A DNA stretch of 63,324 nucleotides, the filler included, from Octopus bimaculoides (taxonomy: Eukaryota), in assembly GCF_001194135.2 (NCBI RefSeq). It is 6 parts of 6 records of this genome, joined end to end, with 100 filler letters (N's around TTAATTAATTAA, not from the genome) between each part and the next. Parts side by side here need not be neighbours in the genome. Positions count along the whole stretch, not along the records: positions 52,435 to 59,845 come from NC_068989.1; positions 59,946 to 63,324 come from NC_069007.1; 4 more parts are not named here. The stretch is one strand, 5' to 3'. The notes below the pieces were generated by a model. It had not been told where the DNA came from and made no database searches. It saw only the letters and a list, made by a program, of their open reading frames with translations. Both the position numbers and the translations under genes were made by a program. Shown here piece by piece: positions 53,341-61,759 of this stretch (position 1 is the first letter of the stretch; every line of letters begins with the position of its first letter).

Positions 53341-53546
53341 TTTGATAGAGGAATAATGAAAGGATAAATCTCACGAGGTGAGATAATTTCGTATCAGGGG
53401 AGTTAACTCTAAATTTTAACACAGGAAGCTTTCTTGTAAAAGAGATATGAAAGTATAACGATTGTTAATCTGTTGTCTGATGCAACGTGCGATCAATTCT
53501 ACAACAAAGATCTACAAAAGTATATAAAAAGGCAAAAGTCAGAAGG

Positions 53547-54404
53547 ATGGCATCTGAATCTGCGATCCAGCACTTAAGTCAACGGGCTACTCTTGCCGAG
53601 GAAATCCTGGCTAAGTTGAAACACCAACTAGAAGACGTGAAACGTACAGCAATGAAAAATATTGTGAAAAAAGAAGAACAACAAATCCGTCGGGAAAACG
53701 AACGACTGAAAGTCGAGGTGAATGAATACAAAAAGAAGTTAATGCTTGCTGAAATTGGTAACGGGATAAGACAGATACCTATTCCGAACAAAAGAAATTT
53801 AGATCAAATAACTACAGACCAGAGAGTTTCACCAACGAAAGAAGTCGAAGTTAAAAAAGTGAAAGCTGGTCCTAAGCCTGCTGATTCCGTTAATCCCGAC
53901 AAGACTTCTGAGGTGGATGTATCCAAATTATATATCCGGGTAGGATTTGTTAAGTCTGCACAAAAGCACCCTGATGCTGACAAGATGTACGTTGAAGAAG
54001 TCGATATGGGAGAAGAGAAACCAAGAACTGTGGTTTCCGGTCTCGTTGGTGCCGTTCCGTTATCGGAAATTGAGGGCCATTTGTGTGTTTTCTTAAGTAA
54101 CCTGAAACCTGCTAAGCTGCGTGGTGTCTTATCTGAAGGAATGATTCTTGGTGCCAACAACGGAGAGAAAGTTGAACTGTTGAGACCACCGCCAGGAAGT
54201 GTTCCGGGTGACCGTGTCGTGTGTGCCAAATACCCCGGCGAACCGGAACGCGTCATCACTTCCAAAAACAAAATTTGGGACCTCGTTAAAGCAGACGTAA
54301 AAACCAACAACAGCTGCGTTGCTACTTATAAAGGTGAACCACTTATAATCGAGGGCAAAGGACAGGTGACAGTACCATCAGTAGGTGACAGTCAGATTTG
54401 TTAA
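53547..54404 (+). CDS. AIMP1: AIMP1/p43-like protein, copy 1 (N-terminal coiled coil + EMAP II tRNA-binding OB-fold), intronless, 285 aa
   Basis: ATG at 53547 (the ORF-track start 53487 is a GTG), open to TAA 54402-54404. N-terminal heptad region MASESAIQHLSQRATLAEEILAKLKHQL...ENERLKVEV; EMAP II motifs IRVG, KHPDAD-MYVEEVDMGE, RTVVSGLV, NLKPAKLRGVLSEGM, PPPGSVPGDRV, KNKIWD, CVATYKGEP match AIMP1 as I recall it. Confidence 0.93.
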   Translation: MASESAIQHLSQRATLAEEILAKLKHQLEDVKRTAMKNIVKKEEQQIRRENERLKVEVNEYKKKLMLAEIGNGIRQIPIPNKRNLDQITTDQRVSPTKEVEVKKVKAGPKPADSVNPDKTSEVDVSKLYIRVGFVKSAQKHPDADKMYVEEVDMGEEKPRTVVSGLVGAVPLSEIEGHLCVFLSNLKPAKLRGVLSEGMILGANNGEKVELLRPPPGSVPGDRVVCAKYPGEPERVITSKNKIWDLVKADVKTNNSCVATYKGEPLIIEGKGQVTVPSVGDSQIC

Positions 54405-54541
54405 TCAGAACTATAACAACTGGAGAAAATGTTTGTGAAACCAGATTGAAAGTTTTTGACTTTTCCATCTTCCTTCCTTTTGACTTTTTTAAACTGTTTT
54501 TTTTTCTCGCTCTAACTTTTCAGTATCAACACACAAGTATT

Positions 54542-54547
54542 AATAAA
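54542..54547 (+). terminator. Candidate polyadenylation signal of AIMP1-like copy 1
   Basis: AATAAA about 140 nt after the stop, followed by T/GT-rich sequence. Confidence 0.5.
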
Positions 54548-55005
54548 TACTGAATTATTATGGTAATTATGTCTTTATTTTTGCTAGAGGGCTAAGTGTA
54601 GAAATGTGTCAACTGTAATTTGCTATAGTTATGTTTCATGTAATTATTGACAGTGAACAAAAAAATGAAAGTGAATTAAATATACATTTAAAAGATATAA
54701 AAGAATTTATTTTCCCCACCCCATTAAAATATTTCTTACATAATTTTTAAGTAATCATTTTTTCTTACGATCCTTGAATTGTCTGTAAAAACGTGTATTT
54801 TCGTACAGATATTATTGTTTAACCCGAAGTTGGCTATTCTGTAGCAGACAGATCAAAGCCATTACAGCCATGACCATCCCATTTTATTTTCAGGAATAGT
54901 GTACCCCAGACACTATTATCCAACATGTCTCATTTAAGATGCAGAGGAACCAGCTGTAAAAACCCTGCCAAAACAGACAGTGACACTGGCTGCAGTTTTC
55001 TGCCT

Positions 55006-55150
55006 AATGAAAAACAAATATACACATATACATCATCATTTACTGTCCGTTTTCCATGCTAGTATGGGTTGGACAGTTTCAACCCATACTAGCATGGAAA
55101 ACGGACGTTAAATGATGATGATGTATGTGTATATATTTGTGTGTTTCATT
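55006..55150. repeat. Fold-back hairpin made of two inverted retroelement 3' tails ((GAT)n-tail family)
   Basis: 27-bp perfect stem GTCCGTTTTCCATGCTAGTATGGGTTG / CAACCCATACTAGCATGGAAAACGGAC, 8-nt loop 55072-55079, imperfect extension to about 65 bp. Confidence 0.9.
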
Positions 55151-55448
55151 CAGAATGGGCTGGAGCAAGATCAGATTATTCAATGTCCATAATGTGCCAC
55201 TTGTGCATGTATGTACTGGACTAGTTGAGTTACTGATGTCTGGGAAAATGGCAGTCACAGAGAGGTAACAAACTAGATTTACGGTTTCAATTCTCTTGCG
55301 TACAGACAAGATTTGATGTTGAGACTAGAGTCGCGACATCATATTTTGGCCTGCTAGAAATAGTAACTAAATCTTCTAGATGTGCCTGAAGAAAAGAAAA
55401 ATGTGATGGTCATGGCTGTAACATTTCTGATGATAAGTCTGCTCTGTC

Positions 55449-55561
55449 AGAAACAAGTTAAAAGTAATGGTCATTACATAATTACAATTTTTTTCCTTTA
55501 TTGCAGCAATAAAGGAAAAAAATTGTAATTATGTAATGACCATTACTTTTAACTTGTTTCT
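55449..55561. repeat. Perfect 56-bp palindrome with 1-nt loop
   Basis: 55449-55504 is the exact reverse complement of 55506-55561; centre A55505. Confidence 0.95.
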
Positions 55562-55785
55562 TAGATATCACTCTGTGTAAAAACCAGTTTGTTTGGAGCC
55601 CATCCATGGATTTACAATATAGAGTTGTGATGAACTGTAACCTTGGATCCTACCACTAGATTACCTAGAGTTCTTCACTAGTCTAAGTAATATTGTTAGC
55701 TTGGTGTACCAACAGAGAGCTTAATTATTTTATCTGGATTGATAATCCCTCTCTATTTGTTCCATATATATATATATATATATTT

Positions 55786-56027
55786 GACAGGAAGGACCAC
55801 AAAAGAAAGAAAGAGACCTCGATATTATGCAAATAGAGGAATTCATCTGTAAAAATATGTGACACTTATTCAGTAGCCATGATAAAACTCCGAGTTTCGG
55901 ATGCCAGGGTGGGAGGAATTTTCAATTGACCAGATAACTGAAGAGATGTTGGCATGGGCTCCCACCCTGGCATCCGAAACTCAGAGTTTTATCATGGCTA
56001 CTGAATAAGTGTCACATATTTTTACAG

Positions 56028-56029
<2 letters not shown>
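55786..56029. mobile_element. Penelope-like element terminal repeat fragment in inverted (fold-back) arrangement
   Basis: 71-bp arms 55845-55915 and 55959-56029 (70/71 complementary) with a 43-nt spacer; carries the hammerhead motif. Hammerheads and inverted 5'-truncated ends are established PLE features. Confidence 0.6.
55930..55997 (+). ncRNA. Type-I hammerhead ribozyme motif (Penelope-like-element type, probably dimer-dependent)
   Basis: Helix I CCAGATAA (55930-37) / TTATC(A)TGG (55989-97); core CTGAAGA (55938-44); helix II GATGTTGG..CTGGCATCC with G55945:C55975 closure; GAA 55976-78; helix III ACTC/GAGT (55979-87) with a 1-nt loop; cleavage triplet GUU, H17 = 55988. Confidence 0.7.
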
Positions 56030-56058
<29 letters not shown>

Positions 56059-56062
56059 ACAT

Positions 56063-56230
56063 TTTAAATGCACAGATGATTCACTAGAAGCATCTGATAG
56101 CTTTTGTTACCTGGAAGATGTGTTTAGCAGGGCAGGTGATTGCTCTGAAAGTATAGCACCCGGGCTAAGAAGTAAGAACAGGCTGGAGGAAGTTCAGGGA
56201 GCTAATATTACTACTGACAACAAAGGATCA
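56063..56230 (+). mobile_element. RTE-type LINE ORF2 relic
   Basis: Translates DSLEASDSFCYLEDVFSRAGDCSESI then, after a shift, RTGWRKFRELILLLTTK; resembles the RTE post-RT motif FCYLG..GGC...RI..GWxKFREL. Confidence 0.7.
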
Positions 56231-56389
56231 GGACTACAGGACCTTCCTACATGAACAGGAATTGGTAGATAGGTAGAATGAAAAAGAAATCAAAGAAGCT
56301 GAGAGCAAGGTGAAAGGAAAAGAGGAAGAGAATTGAAGAATAAGAAAGTGTTTAAGGAATTAAGCAGAGGTGAAGGAGTAGAAGGGAAA

Positions 56390-56610
56390 ACATTTAAACT
56401 TGTTAGTAACATGGTGCCAAGCTTGAATATAAAACATTGTTCCTTCCATTTCTTTGAGATGTGGATCCTTGGTGGATGGTGACACCACCCACTGGTAAGT
56501 GAGTGATGGAATGGACTGAGGTGTTGGAGTGGGTGGCAACGGATTGGCAAGTTGTTGGCCTGTTTCCTACTGTAAAGGGTGGCACAAAGTTTGCATATGA
56601 CATGTGATCA
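56390..56610 (-). mobile_element. Penelope-like GIY-YIG endonuclease C-terminal relic
   Basis: KEQCFIFKLGTMLLTSLN resembles the PLE terminal motif EQxxIFxLGTLxPxGLN; frameshifted. Confidence 0.6.
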
Positions 56611-57073
56611 GTTATGCTAGCAATACATGGACTATATTATCATCATTTATATTCACCCTTCCATGCTGGTATGGGTTGTGCAATTTATTATGGTCTGATT
56701 CATGTCTTATTCAGAGTTATATGTTACAACTGCAGGTGTGATTTCTTGAGTTGGGTGCTTTTCATATCTTCAATTATCTTATAGAATATACTGGGTGTTT
56801 TTATCATGACACAAGTTCCTGAGAAATCATCTTGCTACTGGGATTACTTAAAGGTTCTCTCCATCCTATACTGTCTCTGTTCACTCATCAGTACAAAGAG
56901 GTTTTCACACTACTGGTTTGGAAAAGAACCAGAGTAAGAATGTGATAGAAGCTGAAAGCAATACTAAGCAGTACACTTCACAAATGTAACAAAGAAATTT
57001 ATCATTTGCTAAATTATGCACTGAAAATGCAGCAAGTCAAGTATGTTCTTTGAAGGACAGTTATATTTTCTGG

Positions 57074-57310
57074 CATCATCAGTTAACATCCGCTTTCCAT
57101 CTAGCATGGGTTGGACGATTTGACTGAGGACTGGCGAACCAGATGGCTGCACCAGGCTCCAATCTGATCTGGCAGTGTTTCTACAGCTGAATGCCCTTCC
57201 TAATGCCAACCACTCCGAGAGTGTAGTAGGTGCTTTTTATGTGTCACTGGCAATGGCCACGCTCAAAATGGTGTTTTTTATGCGCCACCTGCACAGGAGC
57301 CAGTCCAGCC
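57074..57310 (-). mobile_element. Retroelement 3' end with (GAT)n tail (same family as the 55006-55150 hairpin arms)
   Basis: CATCATCAGTTAACATCCGCTTTCCATCTAGCATGGGTTGGAC matches the hairpin arms; continues with GAATGCCCTTCCTAATGCCAACC. Confidence 0.65.
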
Positions 57311-57340
57311 ATATATATGTTTGTGTGTCTGTGTTTGTCT

Positions 57341-57506
57341 CCCACCATTGCTTGACAACTGATGCTGGTGTGTTCACATAGCGGTTCGGCAAAAGGAAAC
57401 GACAGAATAAGTACTAGGCTTACAAAGAATAATTCCTGGGTTGATTTGTTCAACTAAAGGTGGTGCTCCAGTATGGCCACAGTCAAATGACCAAAACAAA
57501 TAAGAG
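57341..57506 (+). mobile_element. SINE family A 3' half abutting the piggyBac relic
   Basis: CTTGACAACTGATGCTGGTGTG..GAATAAGTACTAGGCTTACAAAG..GGTGGTGCTCCAGTATGGCCACAGTCAAATGA. Confidence 0.88.
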
Positions 57507-57745
57507 TACATGGGAGGTGTGGACCACTTAAACTGGCTTATCCAAAGGTATTGCTTCTCTGTTACATCTAAGAAGTGGTGCTTTAGTCTATTCACAAATT
57601 TCCTTGATACTATAATGGTTAATTCCTGGATTGCATATTGTTTTGTAAATAGAAATACTTTGACATTACTAGATTTCAAGAGGTCAGTTACACAAGCTTG
57701 TTTGGAGTTTTTCTCTGATTCCGATCCCAAAAATTTGGGATAGCC
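57507..57745 (+). mobile_element. piggyBac transposase C-terminal relic
   Basis: YMGGVDHLNWLIQRYCFSVTSKKWCFSLFTNFLDTIMVNSWIAY...TLLDFKRSV fits the piggyBac third-Asp motif (MGGVD) and the downstream K(K)W / N(A/S)W motifs; 5' side abuts a SINE tail. Confidence 0.8.
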
Positions 57746-58362
57746 AAAGGTATTTTCTTCAAAAGTAATACTAGAAATTAGATTTTCTACTACTAGACAT
57801 ATACTCTTGATAGAACAGAGGGAGAGAAACAAAGAAAATGTGCCATTAAAANNNNNNNNNNNNNNNNNNNNNNNNNNNNNNNNNNNNNNNNNNNNNNNNN
57901 NNNNNNNNNNNNNNNNNNNNNNNNNNNNNNNNNNNNNNNNNNNNNNNNNNNNNNNNNNNNNNNNNNNNNNNNNNNNNNNNNNNNNNNNNNNNNNNNNNNN
58001 NNNNNNNNNNNNNNNNNNNNNNNNNNNNNNNNNNNNNNNNNNNNNNNNNNNNNNNNNNNNNNNNNNNNNNNNNNNNNNNNNNNNNNNNNNNNNNNNNNNN
58101 NNNNNNNNNNNNNNNNNNNNNNNNNNNNNNNNNNNNNNNNNNNNNNNNNNNNNNNNNNNNNNNNNNNNNNNNNNNNNNNNNNNNNNNNNNNNNNNNNNNN
58201 NNNNNNNNNNNNNNNNNNNNNNNNNNNNNNNNNNNNNNNNNNNNNNNNNNNNNNNNNNNNNNNNNNNNNNNNNNNNNNNNNNNNNNNNNNNNNNNNNNNN
58301 NNNNNNNNNNNNNNNNNNNNNNNNNNNNNNNNNNNNNNNNNNAAAATCGGCATTGTTAAATT

Positions 58363-58678
58363 TTTTCCCCCTTCCCCACCAAATTCTTTAATTTTGACTT
58401 ATTTCCCCAACTCTGACCCTTACCCTAAAACACTAATCCTAACCCTGAAACCCCAACCCTAATCCTAAATCCTAACCCTAAAACCCTAACCGTAACTACA
58501 GAAATGTTTTGAAATTTTTGTCCGTATTAGGAAAAAATAAAATTCTTAATAAAAAATTTTACAAAAATTTTCGTAAATTTTTTTCAGAATCATAATTAAA
58601 TAAAAATATCTGATATACGTAAACAACTAAAATGTTGCAAAATATAAACAACTTGATTTTCGGCAGTAAAAGAGTTAA
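58363..58678. mobile_element. Probable DNA-transposon right end terminating in TTAA
   Basis: ...CGGCAGTAAAAGAG|TTAA at 58675-58678, downstream of the piggyBac relic across a gap; the left end is not visible. Confidence 0.4.
58414..58497. repeat. Degenerate (CCCTAA)n telomere-like array
   Basis: About 12 degenerate units such as AACCCT, AATCCT, AACCCTAA. Confidence 0.75.
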
Positions 58679-58778
58679 TTATTCGGTGTTTTACTTCACA
58701 CCTGGAATAACAACATTCAATTGTTTTTCATTTTTTGACACGTTTATCTTCTAAACAATAACATTTTTTACCAAAAAC

Positions 58779-59639
58779 ATGACGACCGTATCAGCGATGC
58801 AGCACCTTAGTCAACGGGCATTATACGCCGAGGAAATCCTAACTAATTTAAAACAGCAATTAGAAGAAGTGAAACGTACAGAAATGAAAAATATCATGAA
58901 CAAGGAAGAAAAACGAATTCGTCGGGAAAATGAACGATTGAAAAGAGAGGTGGATGAGTACAAAAAGAAGTTAATACTCGCTGAAATTGCTCATGGGATA
59001 AAGCAGGTACCTCTTCCGAACAAAAGAAATTTAGATCAAATAACTTCAGACCAGAGAGTTTCACCAACGAAAGAAATCGAAGTTAATAATGTGAAAGCTG
59101 CTCCTAAGCCTGTGGCTACTATTAACCCCGACAACAAGACCTCCGATGTGGACGTATCAAAGTTAAATATTCGGGTAGGATTTGTTAAATCTGCTAAAAA
59201 GCACCCTGATGCTGACACAATGTACGTGATTGAAACTGACATGGGAGAGGAGAAACCGCGAAACGTGTTGTCCGGTCTGGTCGGTTCCCTTGCGTTATCG
59301 GAAATCGAGGGTCGCATGTGTGTTTTCCTATGCAACCTGAAACCCGCTAAGCTGCGAGGTATCTTATCTGAAGGAATGATTCTCGAAGCCAACGGGGGAG
59401 ACAAAGTGGAACTGTTGAAACCACCGCCAGGTAGTGTTCCGGGAGACCGTGTCGTGTGTGCTAAGTACCCTGGTGAACCGGAACGCGTAATCAATTCAAA
59501 AAACAAAATTTGGGACCTCGTCAAACCGCATATGAAAACTGACAACGACTGCGTTGCTACGTATAAAGGTGAACCGCTTATAATCGTGGACAAAGGACAA
59601 GTAACAGTACCATCACTTGCAAACAAACAGCTTCGTTGA
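58779..59639 (+). CDS. AIMP1: AIMP1/p43-like protein, copy 2, intronless, 286 aa
   Basis: AAAAAC-ATG start, open to TGA; collinear with copy 1 with one 1-codon indel; same motifs (KHPDAD, SGLV, NLKPAKLRG, PPPGSVPGDRV, CVATYKGEP); about 66 of 286 positions differ by manual count. Confidence 0.93.
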   Translation: MTTVSAMQHLSQRALYAEEILTNLKQQLEEVKRTEMKNIMNKEEKRIRRENERLKREVDEYKKKLILAEIAHGIKQVPLPNKRNLDQITSDQRVSPTKEIEVNNVKAAPKPVATINPDNKTSDVDVSKLNIRVGFVKSAKKHPDADTMYVIETDMGEEKPRNVLSGLVGSLALSEIEGRMCVFLCNLKPAKLRGILSEGMILEANGGDKVELLKPPPGSVPGDRVVCAKYPGEPERVINSKNKIWDLVKPHMKTDNDCVATYKGEPLIIVDKGQVTVPSLANKQLR

Positions 59640-59794
59640 ATATAAACATGACGAAGTGGACAGAAGTGTGAGAAAACTGACAGGGGTTATTAAGATTTTA
59701 GTCTCCTCCACCCTCATACTATTTGTTATCGCTAAAAATGTTTTTCTTTTGATTTTTTTTCCATGTTAACACACACACACAAGCACTACAAGAA

Positions 59795-59845
59795 TTATTC
59801 TTTTCTACTCTAGACACAACACCCGAAATTTTGTGGGAGGGAGGC
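59795..59845 (-). mobile_element. SINE family B tail, cut by a gap
   Basis: TTCTTTTCTACTCTAG.CACAA.ACCCGAAATTTT, as at 6668-6706. Confidence 0.7.
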
Positions 59846-60087
59846 NNNNNNNNNNNNNNNNNNNNNNNNNNNNNNNNNNNNNNNNNNNNTTAATTAATTA
59901 ANNNNNNNNNNNNNNNNNNNNNNNNNNNNNNNNNNNNNNNNNNNNCTTCCACTCCCACCGGCGGACATAAATTATTCCCAGAGATCAAGGCCTTTTTGCC
60001 GATCCTAGTATTGAACTTTCCTACTGGTGCAGCGTGACCTGAGGGGGGTGGAGGTGGACCGATTGCCGTGTCCCAACACCTGGGGGG

Positions 60088-60162
60088 ACAACAACAACAA
60101 CAACAACAACAACATCAACCATCGACGATCATCATCGTTGAAGTTGAGTCGTTGTCATCATC

Positions 60163-60197
<35 letters not shown>

Positions 60198-60560
60198 GCT
60201 CATTATCATCATCGTGGACATCGTTGACGTCATAGTCGTCATCATGGTCGTCGTTGTCATCATCATCATCATCATCGTTGTCGTCATCGCCCTCAGCATC
60301 GTTTTCGTCGTCGTTGTCATCATCACCATTATCATCGATATCATCATCATCATGACCACCACTACCACCACCACCACCACCACAAACTCCCACCATCACC
60401 ACCACTACTACCATCATCATCATCATGACCACCACCACCACCACAAACTACCACCACCACCACCATCACCACCTCCATCACCACCACTACTTCCATCATC
60501 ATCATGACCACCACTACCACCAACAGCACCAAAACCACATAAACATCATCATCATCATCA
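60088..60560. repeat. Compound trinucleotide array (CAA)/(CAT)/(CGT)/(CAC)
   Basis: Read directly; source of the poly-His/Val/Asp ORFs in the track. Confidence 0.92.
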
Positions 60561-60572
60561 CTCAGGAATTAC

Positions 60573-60644
60573 GTCCCATCCCTAAATTATTATCAAACGA
60601 GGGGCACATGGGAAGATTTTGGTGACGTACCCCACAACATGCAC
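60573..60644 (-). other. Candidate 72-nt exon between microsatellites
   Basis: Minus-strand acceptor TTGTCTGCAG|G and donor GTAATT; one open frame (ACCGVRHQNLPMCPSFDNNLGMG); a plus-strand reading is also possible. Confidence 0.25.
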
Positions 60645-61090
60645 CTGCAGACAACCACCACCACCNNNNNNNNNNNNNNNNNNNNNNNNNNNNNNNNNNN
60701 NNNNNNNNNNNNNNNNNNNNNNNNNNNNNNNNNNNNNNNNNNNNNNNNNNNNNNNNNNNNNNNNNNNNNNNNNNNNNNNNNNNNNNNNNNNNNNNNNNNN
60801 NNNNNNNNNNNNNNNNNNNNNNNNNNNNNNNNNNNNNNNNNNNNNNNNNNNNNNNNNNNNNNNNNNNNNNNNNNNNNNNNNNNNNNNNNNNNNNNNNNNN
60901 NNNNNNNNNNNNNNNNNNNNNNNNNNNNNNNNNNNNNNNNNNNNNNNNNNNNNNNNNNNNNNNNNNNNNNNNNNNNNNNNNNNNNNNNNNNNNNNNNNNN
61001 NNNNNNNNNNNNNNNNNNNNNNNNNNNNNGTCAATAAATAAATACTATAGAACCCGCTGCACTGATTTACCCGTGGGGGTATAATGTTGC

Positions 61091-61478
61091 GTGGAGGCGC
61101 AATGGCCCAGTGGTTAGGGCAGCGGACTCGCGGTCATAGCATCGCGGTTTCGATTTTCAGGCCAGGCGTTGTGAGTGTTTATTGAGCGATAACACCTAAA
61201 GCTCCACGAGGCTCCGGCAGGGGATGGTGGCGAACCCTGCTGTACTCTTTCACCACAACTTTCTCTCACTCTTACTTCCTGTTTCTGTTGTGCCTGTAAT
61301 TCAAAGGGTCAGCCTTGTCACACTGTGTCACGCTGAATATCCCCGAGAACTACGTTAAGGGTACACGTATCTGTGAAGTGCACAGCCACTTGCACGTTAA
61401 TTTCACGAGCAGGCTATTCCGTTGATCGGATCAACTGGAACCCTCGACGTCGTAAGCGACGGAGTGCCAACAACAACA
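61091..61478 (+). mobile_element. SINE family C, full length, with 11-bp TSD
   Basis: GTGGAGGCGCAATGGCCCAGTGGTTAGG head and (CAA)n tail; TATAATGTTGC (61080-61090) / TATAATGCTGC (61479-61489). Confidence 0.95.
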
Positions 61479-61759
61479 TATAATGCTGCAAAACAGCTTT
61501 GATCCCGGTTTCAGCAGCGCATATTCAGGGCCAATTTTTCTTTAGTCCATTAAAGCTTATAGGCGGCTCAACTTCACATATCGGATACAGAGTGACTTTT
61601 TGTGGCATTTTTGAAAAGAAAATGACTTTTATATGTTATGAAATTCGGTTTTTAGTCACAACTTAATATTCCCAAACATAATCATTGAAGAAGATTTAAA
61701 TGCGCACAGAACCAAATCAGGATAATGTATTTGGTTACTTCCTTTATATTCTAAACAAG

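Noticed and set aside
53487-53546. 20-codon N-terminal extension from GTG, and TATATAAA at 53521 as a TATA box
   Set aside because: Copy 2 and AIMP1 homology begin at ATG 53547; the TATA-like motif is too close to the ATG to be a normal promoter.
53804-54310. 168-aa antisense ORF (and the 196-aa equivalent at 59036-59626)
   Set aside because: Shadow of the AIMP1 codon pattern on the opposite strand; no independent evidence.
60115-60625. Poly-His/Asp/Val ORFs suggesting a metal-binding protein
   Set aside because: All frames give homopolymer runs from a trinucleotide mosaic; no codon or boundary evidence.
61091-61165. tRNA gene calls for SINE heads (also 971, 24035, 62597)
   Set aside because: A/B-box-like motifs continue directly into SINE bodies with TSDs; no complete cloverleaf.
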